Below, piece after piece: positions 41,517 through 51,522 of a stretch of DNA of 64,000 nt (within the stretch, counting starts at the first letter, position 1; each line of letters starts with the position of its first letter). The notes beneath the pieces were generated by a model that was given only the letters and a program-made list of their open reading frames with translations, was not told the origin of the DNA and made no database searches. This DNA is from an uncultured Planctomycetota bacterium (GTDB lineage: Bacteria > Planctomycetota > Phycisphaerae > Tepidisphaerales > Tepidisphaeraceae): assembly GCA_963841915.1 (NCBI GenBank), contig CAWJEN010000006.1:1024001-1088000 (forward strand), in the 5' to 3' direction. The translations under genes were made by a program, and so were the position numbers.

Positions 41517-41869
41517 TCGTCGCTCTCGCTGAACTTCCAGTAGTACGTCCGGTCGAAGACGGTGCCTTGGCTCAGGTCCTTCTCGAAGTCACCGGCGACG
41601 GCCTTGACGACGCCACCGTCTGGGCGGCCGTCCTTGAAGCCGACGTCATCGCCGCGCTGGACCTGGATGTTGACGTTGGGCTCGATGTCACTGCCGCTGT
41701 AGAGGCCAGCTGTGCCGTTGGCCGGTGCCGGAACGATAAGGTCGCCGGTGTCGTTCTTCTCGTACTTGGCAAGCGTCTTACCGCCGCGGAGGCCGCAACC
41801 AGTGACGAGGAGGACGGCCATGCCGAGGGCGGCAAAGGTGGCGAGACGGCGGGTGATGCGTTGGGTCAT
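41513..41869 (-). CDS. Small lipoprotein, hypothetical
   Basis: Signal peptide with lipobox LVTGC; GTGA overlap with the DUF1802 gene. Confidence 0.7.
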   Translation of the reverse strand: MTQRITRRLATFAALGMAVLLVTGCGLRGGKTLAKYEKNDTGDLIVPAPANGTAGLYSGSDIEPNVNIQVQRGDDVGFKDGRPDGGVVKAVAGDFEKDLSQGTVFDRTYYWKFSESDE

Positions 41870-41929
41870 GTTGCCGCTAACCTAGTCGCTCCCGCCACCA
41901 GCCTGCAACGGGCGAATCCGCTACGACTT

Positions 41930-42814
41930 ATGGAAGCCAACCTTCGCCGCCGCCTGACTTTCGGGCCGATCATGCTCGCCGCACTTGGCCTGGTGCTGCT
42001 GGTTGACTACTGGCTCGAGCTGCAGACGGATGTCAAGGGCATCGGCATCCTCGTTGTGCTGCTGATCCTCGTCCCGCTGGCCAACATGGAACTGGCAACG
42101 CTGTTCACTGCCGAGAACGCTCGGCCGTTTCGCCTCATCGCCAGTCTCGGCGGCGCAGCCATCGTCGTGCACGCCTTTGCCACTCAGTTCGCATCTTTCA
42201 AGCCGATTGCCGCCAGCACCTTGGCGTTCATCATGGTGGCCGTGCCGCTGGCCAGTGCCCTCCGCAAGGTGTTCCTCAAGCAAACGGAGCAGGCGATCCT
42301 CAGTATGGCAGGCACCCTGCTGGCAGTTATGTACCTCGGCGGGCTCGCGTGGTTCCTCATGGCCATTCGAGTCAAAGAAGGTCGCTACATCGATGTCGAA
42401 GAGCCGCTCTTCGTCGGGACGACGCTGCACATTCTCACCGTACTGCTGTGCGTGAAGTTCACGGACATCGGTGCCTACTTCACCGGTAAGAACTTCGGCA
42501 AGCACAAGCTCATCCCATGGCTCAGCCCCGGCAAAACCTGGGAAGGTCTGGCCGGTGGTCTTGCGACTGCCGCCCTCGTCGGCATGGCTTGTGCCCCGCT
42601 GCTACCGGAGGTCGAATTTTGGAAAGGGGCGATCTTCGGCGCGATTCTCGGCCTCGTCGGGCAGATGGGTGACCTCCTCGAGAGCCTCATGAAGCGCGAC
42701 GCCGACGTCAAAGACAGCGGCCAGAGTCTGCCCGGCTTCGGTGGTGTGCTCGACGTGATCGACTCGCCCCTCGTTGCGGCACCGGTGGCCTACCTGCTCT
42801 TTAGCCTCGCCTGA
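41930..42814 (+). CDS. cdsA: Phosphatidate cytidylyltransferase
   Basis: DIGAYFTG, SPGKTWEG, GDLLESLMKR..VKDSG..LPG.GGVLD.IDS. Confidence 0.93.
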   Translation: MEANLRRRLTFGPIMLAALGLVLLVDYWLELQTDVKGIGILVVLLILVPLANMELATLFTAENARPFRLIASLGGAAIVVHAFATQFASFKPIAASTLAFIMVAVPLASALRKVFLKQTEQAILSMAGTLLAVMYLGGLAWFLMAIRVKEGRYIDVEEPLFVGTTLHILTVLLCVKFTDIGAYFTGKNFGKHKLIPWLSPGKTWEGLAGGLATAALVGMACAPLLPEVEFWKGAIFGAILGLVGQMGDLLESLMKRDADVKDSGQSLPGFGGVLDVIDSPLVAAPVAYLLFSLA

Positions 42815-43648
42815 TCACGATCGGGCCGCATACGCAGACGGTCCGCTGCCGAACAGCCGCTTGAATCGCCTGCTGAAGTGCGGGTGGTCATGGAACCCGC
42901 ACGCATGTGCAACTTCTTTACCCGACAGCCCGCTCGTCTCGAGTAACTTGGCCGCGTGGTGCAGGCGAACATCTTCTGCGTAGCGGGCCGGCGACGTGCC
43001 GAGCGATGTGCGGAACAGCGACGTCAACCGAGGTTCGCTCAGCCCCGCGACTTCTGCCAGTTCTGCAACTGTCACACGTCGATCAAGGTGTCGGCGGGCA
43101 CAGTCACACGCCGCCCGAACGCGTTCGTCAACTCGTTGTCCCTCCGTCGCCTGCGTCGCACACCACAGGATGGAGGCCTCGATGGCGTTCATGATCAGGC
43201 GGTCGGCGCCCGGTAACGGCGAGCCGACGAGTTGCCGCGCGACGGCCAGTGCGTCCAGTGCGGCGGCCTGGGCGGCAGTGTCGTGGAACGTCGCCACCGC
43301 CAGCCCCGGCAAAGGCATCGGCCAGTCGAGCGATGGCCACCACTCGGCCCGCGGGAACACGTGGACGAAGCGAAATCGCCAATGACCGGCGTCGGGGCAG
43401 GTCGTATAGAACTGATCTGCGTTCGGCAACCAAATCGCCGCCTGGTTCGGACCCAGCGTCACCGTCGCCCTGCCGACGCGAAAGCGGCCGGCACCTGATT
43501 CATTGACGATGAACAGAAGATCAGGCCTGCCGACACGCGAGGTCCCGTAGAGCGGGCCGGCGTTGAAGTAGCCCCCGACGGGGACGGCGCTCAGCTTCCG
43601 GATCCGGACCTCGGAGAAAGTGTCGACCTCCGTTGCGTGGTCTGCCAT
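42815..43648 (-). CDS. AraC-family transcriptional regulator
   Basis: N-terminal cupin-like domain; 'VAHACGFHDHPHFSRRFKRLFG.GP'. Confidence 0.9.
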   Translation of the reverse strand: MADHATEVDTFSEVRIRKLSAVPVGGYFNAGPLYGTSRVGRPDLLFIVNESGAGRFRVGRATVTLGPNQAAIWLPNADQFYTTCPDAGHWRFRFVHVFPRAEWWPSLDWPMPLPGLAVATFHDTAAQAAALDALAVARQLVGSPLPGADRLIMNAIEASILWCATQATEGQRVDERVRAACDCARRHLDRRVTVAELAEVAGLSEPRLTSLFRTSLGTSPARYAEDVRLHHAAKLLETSGLSGKEVAHACGFHDHPHFSRRFKRLFGSGPSAYAARS

Positions 43649-43714
43649 AATCGAAATCTACAAGTCTTCGATCGGCGTGTCCATGGTCATGTAGCGGCAC
43701 CATGAGTTACGCTT

Positions 43715-44647
43715 ATGTTCATGACAGCAACACTCCAGCCGCTTCCGACTCGCCAAGGCATCGACGGACTTGTTCAACCTGAGGGCAGCGACATCGTCGA
43801 GCTGTCGTCGCCGCCTGATCGTGCGGAGCTGGCGAGCTTTGCCGACAGTGGCGTGGGCATCGTGCGGTCGCTGCTGACCGCCGACGAAGTCGCTGAGGTA
43901 CGCGATGTCTTTCAGGCGGCGGGCGATAAGGGGCCGCAGCAAGGTCTTGTCGATCCGGACATGCTCGACGTCAATGGTGCAGGCCGTGACGAGATGTTGC
44001 GCCGCTTCCCCAGGATGCTGCACCCGCACCGCTACCCGGAGCAAGACTTCGGCCGCCTTGCCCTGCAATGGATGCTCGACGACCGCATCACCCGCGTCAT
44101 CCGCAGCCTGTACGACGACGAGCCCGTCGCCGCCCAGAGCATGTACTACTTCAAAGGCCCCGGCGCACGCGGACAGTCGTTGCACCAGGACAACCTGTTC
44201 CTATCGATCCGCCCAGGGACGTGCATCGCGGCATGGATTGCGATTGACGACTGCGACGAAGAAAACGGCGCGATGGCCGTCGTGCCCGGTAGCGGGACAT
44301 GGGAACTCATCTGCAACGGCTTTAAGAAGAGCCAGGCGAATGCTGACGAATTCTGGGGCGACAGCTCGCTGGCCTTGCCGGACGGGTGCGAGCCGAAGGT
44401 CGCGACAATGAAGGCCGGCGACGTCTTGTTCTTTAACGGCAGCCTCGTCCACGGCAGCTACCGCAACCGATCCGCCGACCGATTCCGACGATCACTCATC
44501 TTCCACTACGCGCCGCGGTCCTGCCACGAGATTGCCAAGTTTTACCACCCGATGCTCGATATGAACGGCAGCGTCGTCGACTACGCCACCGCCGAACGTG
44601 GAGGGCCTTGTGGAACCAACACTGAGATGAGCATGATGATGGGCTGA
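43715..44647 (+). CDS. Phytanoyl-CoA dioxygenase (PhyH) family Fe/2OG enzyme
   Basis: HQD, WIAIDD, ENG..VVPGS, GDVLFF..LVHGS..N; divergent from the AraC gene. Confidence 0.9.
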   Translation: MFMTATLQPLPTRQGIDGLVQPEGSDIVELSSPPDRAELASFADSGVGIVRSLLTADEVAEVRDVFQAAGDKGPQQGLVDPDMLDVNGAGRDEMLRRFPRMLHPHRYPEQDFGRLALQWMLDDRITRVIRSLYDDEPVAAQSMYYFKGPGARGQSLHQDNLFLSIRPGTCIAAWIAIDDCDEENGAMAVVPGSGTWELICNGFKKSQANADEFWGDSSLALPDGCEPKVATMKAGDVLFFNGSLVHGSYRNRSADRFRRSLIFHYAPRSCHEIAKFYHPMLDMNGSVVDYATAERGGPCGTNTEMSMMMG

Positions 44648-44792
44648 GAACGTCGACAACGATGCATTGCGTGCTTAGCCATACCTTTGCACTTTGCTGT
44701 TGCAACAGTAGCGTTTCGCCAGATGGCGTTGGGTCGACGCATCTGTTAGGTTCAGCAGACATGTCTTTTCCTTCTGATGTTGGCCGTGTAGC

Positions 44793-47700
44793 AATGAGTA
44801 CATCCCGCTCCGGGAACGCGCGGTGGATGACCATCGCTGCGGCGGCAGCGATGACGCTTGCATCGCTCAATCTGGCTTCGGCTGAACTTCCTTCGGCGAC
44901 GGCTTGGCTTGATGCGGTCGATGAGCAGGCAGGCGTCGAAGCAGAAGCCAGTACACCGGCGACTGAGATCGGTCGGAAACTGGCCGAGTTCACCGATCGA
45001 AAAGGTGATCTTGCACCAGAAGACGCGGCAGTGGCCTGGCACGACTTGCTGCAGGCGTGGATCGATAAAGGCGGAGCCTCCACCTACGACCCGTACTCCG
45101 GTAGGATGAGTAGCGGCCTGGCCTTCAGCGACTTCGTGGCGGCAATGCCGGCACCAGAAGCGTGGCCGAAGCTCAGCGAGTTGCTCCAACAAGCCGACGG
45201 CGACGACGCTTCGGCAGCGCACCTCTTTGGCAGCTTCCTCGCAAACGACCTTCAGGGGATGCAGACGGCATTGCTGGATGTCGGCAAATCGGGCAGACGT
45301 CTCGAAAATTGGCAAAGGCAGGAGTTCAACACACTTCTGCAGGAGACGGCTCAAATTGTTGGCGATGCTGATAATGCCCAGGCCATCGTCGAGGCCATGG
45401 AGCAACAGCTCGATGCGGCCGAAGAGAATGCTGACAGCGTGTTTCAACTCTTCGTGCCTGACCTCGTAACGCTGGTCGGCGAGGATCGCGCAAGTGAACT
45501 TCTCGAGCGGGCACTGTCCAGCCGGATCCGTCACCTCGAGTTCACGCCGGGCGGCCAAACGGAGGCCTTGGCGCGCAGCGTTGCGACGGAGCAGGCGGCG
45601 ACAATGCAGTTGCCTCGCTGGTCGCTCGTGAATGTGGTCGGTCCGCAGGCGGCCGACTTGTACGAGGCCATGGCCGACCGCTTCCTGCAGAAAGGCGGCG
45701 CGCGGCCGGGTGTGCTTGGTCGACTCTTCGGCATGTCGGCCCCGCAGGAAGACAGCTTTGCCAATTACGAGGAGTGGCAGGCACGGCAGTATTACATCCT
45801 GAGCCTGATCGCCACCAACCGCAGCGAAGATGCGGTGCGCGTCGTCCGGCGACTTGACGAAAATGCCGATGAAATCAGCCGCTACGGCATGGGGCTGACA
45901 ATGCCGTTCAACGCCGTCACGAAGCTCGACAAGGCCGGACTGACGCCGCAGGTGTACGAATTCGCCAGCCGCCTGCTGACGGATGAGCCGCAATTGCCGC
46001 TTTGGGATCTGTATGTCTCGACCGCAGTTCGCACCGGCCACACCGAGGACATGCTGGAGCTGTTCCGCACGGCCATGGCGCGTCAAGACCTGTCCGACGC
46101 AACGCGGCAGACGATTCGCTACGCCTATGCCGATGCCCTGCTTGCCGCCGGTGATGTCGAGCCTGCTCTTGAAGCCATGCGGGCGCGGTTGGAGTCGACG
46201 CTCGAGGAGTCGGAAGATCCTTCGCATGTCGCAGGCATGGCAGTGCGAATTGCACGCGTTGCCGACCTTGTGGAGCAGCCGGAGCTGCGCGATGAGATGG
46301 TGGCCAAAGCAGTCGAGCTGAACAGCAAGAAGGCGGACGGGTCGATCTACTTCAGCGTGTATGGGCTCGTCGCATCGATAGACACACTCGTAGAAATGGG
46401 GGCCGACGACGCAGCCGCCACCATGTTGCAGCAGGCGCTTGTGCGTCAGGTCCAGCAGCAGCGTGATCCCTCCCGCGGCATGCGGGGTCCCGTCGACGCC
46501 TCCGATCTCCTGGCAAAGCTCGCCGGGCTCTACCACCTGCAGGGTCGTCATGGTGAGGTGAGGGCACTGGTCGAGCGGGCACCCTATTGGGGCCACGATG
46601 ACCTGGTTGACATCATCGGCACGAACGCCGCCGTTCAAGTCAATCTTGGCACCGCCGTCGCCGCGGCTCTGGCTGACGCCGGTCGAGACCGCGAAGCACT
46701 CGACGTCGTCCACGCCATGCTGCTCGAAGACGGTGGCCAGGACGCGACGTACCAGCTTCTGCTCGACCTCGAGGGCCAGGAGGCAATGCCGATGCTCGAT
46801 GAGATCTTCAGCCGCGACCAATTCGAAGAACGGCCGCTCATCTGGAAGGCGACGCTGCAGCTCGGTGCGGGCGACCTCGATGCCGCCGAGGAGACGATTA
46901 AGCGTGCGATCCGCATCGACCCGTCAGACGGCGAGCAAGGGCCGGGCGACCGCATGCGGGCCTACGCGGTTCTAGCCGACATCATGGAAGCCAAGGGCGA
47001 GGACGCGACTGTCTATCGCGGTGCGGTCAAGGCCATTCGCATGGCCGAGGCCGCAGACGAGTTCTTCGACGCGGGACTGATCAGTCACTCGGTCGACATG
47101 TACGAAGAGTCGCTGACGCACTTCAGCGATGCCTACTGCATCCAAAGCCGACTTGCCTTGCAGCTGACTCGCCTAGGCCGCACCGAGGAGGCGGCCGCCC
47201 ACTACCGCAAGGCGTACGAGCTGATGCCGTCCAGCTTCGGCCGCGTCGAGAGCCATTGCTTCGGCTGCGAGGGCATCTTCGACAACGCACAGGCAGAATC
47301 CATTGCAGAAGAGGTCTTTGCCAACCTGATGGAAGAGCAGCCGGAGAATCCGCAGGTTCACTACCTCTACGGCTATCTCCTCGAGCAGCAAGGTGACGCG
47401 GCCGCAGCCGTCCCGCACTATCAGAAAGCGGTTGAACTCGACGCCGACTACCTCAACGCCTGGAAGAAGATCGCCGAGGCCGCCGAAGCCGGGCTGCTGT
47501 CGATCGAGGAGCGTGACGAGGCGACGCTGAGTCTGCTCCGGCTCGACCCGCTGCGTCAGCACGCGTCGCCGCACCTGTCACAGGTTCGAGATGCGAAGGC
47601 CTTTTGGACGACCGTCGCCCAAGCCCGCGAGGCGGTCGAGCCCATGCCCGCGTCGGTACTGGCCTTGCCCGCGACGGCCGCCGCCATGCCTGCCGAGGGA

Positions 47701-47850
47701 GCTAGCGATCCCTACAACATGTTTCACTCCGTCCAGTCGTTCGACATGTACGGCAACCCGATGAAGCAAGGCCGCATCGGCGAGCCGGGTGAAGAACTGG
47801 CCACCCACTTGATCAGCCGCCTCGTCGAACAAGCCCTTGAAGCCGACTAA
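44793..47850 (+). CDS. Large exported TPR-repeat protein (start uncertain)
   Basis: Signal-like segment; C-terminal TPR-like repeats ('PENPQVHYLYGYLL', 'AVPHYQKAVELDADY'). Confidence 0.8.
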
Positions 47851-47871
47851 ACCTCGACACGTTTGTGCTGG

Positions 47872-49002
47872 CTACACCGCCGAGGGAACGTACGGCTCTT
47901 CGATGCTCTCGACGTTCTCGCGGCTGGTGGCGTAGCACATGCCGAAGCGGTTGGCGAGGAAGTCGCTGAGCGTAATCTCTTCCTGCCTGACGAAGCCGGT
48001 CTTCGTCGCCAGAGCGTCTTCGCGAATCAGGTCGAGAACCGCACAGATGGCGGCGGCGGTCGTGATCTGGATGCCCGACAGATTCAGGCCGCGGAAGTCG
48101 CCGTGGTAGACCTTGCGGGCATCGGTCATCTGCATGAGCTGGCCGTCGATCTCGCCGACGGCGGTGCAGAAAATGAGCACCACGTCCTGCGGCGTCATCG
48201 GAATCGCGTTTTCCAAAATGCCCTTGAGCATCGGTCGCTGCTCGTTGAGCCGCAGGTCGAACATGAGGAACTTCACCAGGTCACGGTGGCCGCGATAGCG
48301 GATCGTCTTGTAGTCGAGCCGCCTGCACTGCCCCGCGAGCGACTCGGCCAGCGTGCCGACGCCGCCTGACGTGTTGAACGCTTCGTACATCACGCCGTCG
48401 AGGCTGAAGTTCTCGAGTCCCTCCAGCGGCAGGACGTCGATCTGCTTGCCTTCGACGACGGCGTCGCACGGGTTGCCGTACTCGTTGATCAGGCCGTCGG
48501 TCGACCACGTCAGGTTGTACTTCAGCTCATTCGTAGGGAAGATCGGCAGCGCGCCGACCCGCAGGTGCAAACGGTCAAGCCGGTCGAACTTCTTGGCGAG
48601 GTCGTTGGCGGCGATGGAAACGAAGCCGGGTGCCAAACCGCACTGCGGGATAAACCGTTGGCCCTCTTTGGCGTCCTTGGCGATGTCGCGGACCTTCTTC
48701 GTCGTCTCGACATCTTCGGTGAGGTCGAGGTAATTGGCACCCGCGTCGAGCGCCGCCTTGGCAATGGCGGGGTTGGCGTCGAAGCTAACGGCCGACATCA
48801 CGCTGTGGCGACCCTGCGTTGCCTCGGCCAGCCTGTCCGCGTCGTCGACCGGCATCTCGACCGTCTCCACACCCTTGGGCAGTCGAGCCAATGCCGCCCC
48901 GCTCACGTCGGCCACGCGAACGTGGTAGTCGCCGGTGTCCACCAGGAACTTGGCGATAGCTGAACCGATCTTGCCGGCACCGACGAGCAGTACGTTGTGC
49001 AT
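47872..49002 (-). CDS. Saccharopine dehydrogenase / lysine 6-dehydrogenase family protein
   Basis: VGAGKIG, YLDLTED, CGLAPG, YNLTWS.DGLINEY, YKTIRY.GH. Confidence 0.9.
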   Translation of the reverse strand: MHNVLLVGAGKIGSAIAKFLVDTGDYHVRVADVSGAALARLPKGVETVEMPVDDADRLAEATQGRHSVMSAVSFDANPAIAKAALDAGANYLDLTEDVETTKKVRDIAKDAKEGQRFIPQCGLAPGFVSIAANDLAKKFDRLDRLHLRVGALPIFPTNELKYNLTWSTDGLINEYGNPCDAVVEGKQIDVLPLEGLENFSLDGVMYEAFNTSGGVGTLAESLAGQCRRLDYKTIRYRGHRDLVKFLMFDLRLNEQRPMLKGILENAIPMTPQDVVLIFCTAVGEIDGQLMQMTDARKVYHGDFRGLNLSGIQITTAAAICAVLDLIREDALATKTGFVRQEEITLSDFLANRFGMCYATSRENVESIEEPYVPSAV

Positions 49003-49018
49003 GAGGGCACGGTAGCCC

Positions 49019-49264
49019 TCAGGCGGCTTCGGCGGTCTCCGACGCTTCAAGGAACTCGATCTTCGTGACGTGCAGGAGCGAGTACAGATTGTAGTTGTCG
49101 CCGAGCTTACCGTTAGGCTTTAAGTCGGAGATCAGGATGCTGGTCCGGGTCATCATCGCGTTCTCAGGATGCCGCACCTCGACTCTTTCTCCGCTCGACA
49201 TGACGAGAGCGAACGGCTTGAACGGAGCGTTGTTCATCAGGTTGCGAAAGTCCTGCGTTGTCAT
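49019..49264 (-). CDS. Small hypothetical protein
   Basis: 81 aa with 'PFKPFALVMSSGERVEVRHPE'. Confidence 0.7.
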   Translation of the reverse strand: MTTQDFRNLMNNAPFKPFALVMSSGERVEVRHPENAMMTRTSILISDLKPNGKLGDNYNLYSLLHVTKIEFLEASETAEAA

Positions 49265-49312
49265 AGCTCGATCTTACCTCGAATCCGGCGGAAACGCCTG
49301 CTAGAACAGCAC

Positions 49313-50050
49313 ATGTCCGACACGCCCAAGATCGAGATCAGCCCGACGCCCGACGCCGTCGCCCATGCCGCGGCCAGGCGATTCGTCAGCTTGTGCGAGC
49401 GGGTGCTGAACGAACAGGAAACCGTCGCCATCGGCCTGGCCGGCGGGTCGACGCCCAAGGCGATGTACGAGCTGCTCGCCAGCGATTTCAAGAATCACGT
49501 CGAGTGGTCGCGGGTCGAGCTGTTCTTCGGCGACGAGCGCACCGTGCCGCCCGACGATGACGAGAGCAACTACAAGATGGCCAAAACCGCGTTGCTCGAC
49601 CACGTCATCGTCCCCGGCGACAACGTCTACCGCATGAAGGGCGAGCTCGACCCCCACGACGCCGCCGCGGCGTATGACCAACTGCTCCTCGAAAAATTCG
49701 GCGAAGACGGCGGCCTTGATCTCCTGCTGCTCGGCATGGGTGACGACGCCCACACCCTCTCGCTCTTCCCCGGCACCGCTGCCCTCGACGAACACGACAA
49801 ACGCTGCGTCGCCAACCACGTCACGCAAAAGGACACGTGGCGGATCACCCTGACCGCCCCCTTCGCCAACCGCAGCCGCGAAACGCTCGCCCTCGTCACC
49901 GGAGCCAACAAGGCAGAGGCCCTGTCGAACGTGCTCGAAGGCGAGGACAACCCGAAGCAGTACCCGATGCAGCTCATCCAGCCGACGCTGGGCCGCCTCG
50001 TCATCCTCGCCGACGCCGCCGCGACGGGGATGGTGGGGGAGATAGAATAG
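49313..50050 (+). CDS. pgl: 6-phosphogluconolactonase
   Basis: LAGGSTP, FFGDERTVPPDD.ESNY, LLGMGDDAHTLSLFPG, RITLT. Confidence 0.95.
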   Translation: MSDTPKIEISPTPDAVAHAAARRFVSLCERVLNEQETVAIGLAGGSTPKAMYELLASDFKNHVEWSRVELFFGDERTVPPDDDESNYKMAKTALLDHVIVPGDNVYRMKGELDPHDAAAAYDQLLLEKFGEDGGLDLLLLGMGDDAHTLSLFPGTAALDEHDKRCVANHVTQKDTWRITLTAPFANRSRETLALVTGANKAEALSNVLEGEDNPKQYPMQLIQPTLGRLVILADAAATGMVGEIE

Positions 50051-50248
50051 CCAGGTCTGTGTCAATTTGACGCAGGCAAAACTGCCACGAAGTCACTACA
50101 TCAACCCATGACTTCTACTTGACGAGTTACAGCGGCTGTCGCTACAGCGCAGATCAATGACGGAACTGACTGGTTCGTATCCGATTGGAAGCTGCGAGAT
50201 GGCGATCCGAATTTTGATACGCAACTCGGTTTCACACCCATCACATCT

Positions 50249-50875
50249 GTGACAAAGCCGATCATGGCCGAAGATCCAAGTAATGTATTTGGTGTCAGTT
50301 ATATCGAGATTGGATCCTTCACGAAGAGTTTCTACTATCGTGACGAGCTTGTCCGAGCAGGAAATAGAACCAGCGGAACCTGGGGCCAGGCTGTCCAGAT
50401 TACGCTCTCTGAGACGATCGGCACCACGCTGACTCTCGGAACAGATTTTGGAGTTGATGTACCACTTGGACCTGTCGCAGCCGCAACATTCAGCATTGAT
50501 GTCGGCAGGTCTTGGAGCCAAAACGCAACAGCGACAATGACCTTCCCGGCCGATGGCCCTGTTGTCCCTCACGATGACGAACGCGTTGAATTGGTCGTAT
50601 ACGCGAAGCAGCGAACATACTATGTTCAGACATCGCAGACGGTCCACGGCATAACGACTGTGAGCGATCCGGTTGTTCTAGCAAAAGGCATCGACTCCAA
50701 CTTTGGCTTACGGCATATTGTGCTTCACCAAGAGCGTGAATGGCTCGATGAAGATAACGGTGAGCGACAAGCGTTTCCGCACCACATGCTAGACCGTCCT
50801 TTGTCGCCGCTGTCGGGTGGACCATCCGTGTTTAACTGGCCTGGGAAAGATGATTACGATCCCACCGCGTTGTAA
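50249..50875 (+). CDS. Hypothetical beta-rich protein, possibly aerolysin/ETX-MTX2-like; N-terminus uncertain
   Basis: Visibly lower-GC DNA; Ser/Thr-rich alternating segment; frame open back to 50123. Confidence 0.5.
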   Translation: MTKPIMAEDPSNVFGVSYIEIGSFTKSFYYRDELVRAGNRTSGTWGQAVQITLSETIGTTLTLGTDFGVDVPLGPVAAATFSIDVGRSWSQNATATMTFPADGPVVPHDDERVELVVYAKQRTYYVQTSQTVHGITTVSDPVVLAKGIDSNFGLRHIVLHQEREWLDEDNGERQAFPHHMLDRPLSPLSGGPSVFNWPGKDDYDPTAL

Positions 50876-51512
50876 AGGTTTTCAACCTGGGTCTGACCCA
50901 CTGTCGACTCAAGTAGCGAGTGGCGAGAATGTACAGCCTCCACGCGTTCGCTGGTGGGGTTGGATCGCATTCTTCGTGCAACTACTCCTGCTGTCCTCGC
51001 TGCCGGTCTTGTGGATGACGTTTGCGAATATGGCGCCGCGTCCCAACACGGCCGTTCACACGCTCTGGGACAAGACGTGGACGGATGAGGACGGCATCTT
51101 GCGCCATGACCGGATTACCTTTACCACCAGTCGCTGGTTCATCTACGATGTCGGCGCACCGGGATACTGGTTTGTCAACAGCCCGCCCCGAACGGAGCGG
51201 GTTCATCCGATGGCGATCCGGAAGTTCATTCCCGTTCCCTCCAAATACCGTCGCTACTACAGCTACCAACGTGCCAGGCAGACGGGCCCTTCTTCCGACG
51301 GACACGTTTATGAATATGTACGATACGACCTGCATAGCCGCGTCTTCCTCATCCTTCCGGCGGTATGCTTTATATTGTTGTTCGCCTTCCGCAACGTCCG
51401 CAACGCTTGGAGGGCAGCGGGTACTCTACTTCTGCAGATCGCAAAACCGCCTCCCGCGACCGGCCGCACCGGAGGCTTTCCGGTCATCGTGAAGCGTGAC
51501 GCATCTTCATGA
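50817..51512 (+). CDS. Hypothetical two-TM membrane protein (start probably later than 50817)
   Basis: Two hydrophobic segments around an aromatic-rich loop; C-terminal 'GGFPVI'. Confidence 0.5.
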   Translation: MDHPCLTGLGKMITIPPRCKGFQPGSDPLSTQVASGENVQPPRVRWWGWIAFFVQLLLLSSLPVLWMTFANMAPRPNTAVHTLWDKTWTDEDGILRHDRITFTTSRWFIYDVGAPGYWFVNSPPRTERVHPMAIRKFIPVPSKYRRYYSYQRARQTGPSSDGHVYEYVRYDLHSRVFLILPAVCFILLFAFRNVRNAWRAAGTLLLQIAKPPPATGRTGGFPVIVKRDASS

Positions 51513-51522
51513 GCACATATGA

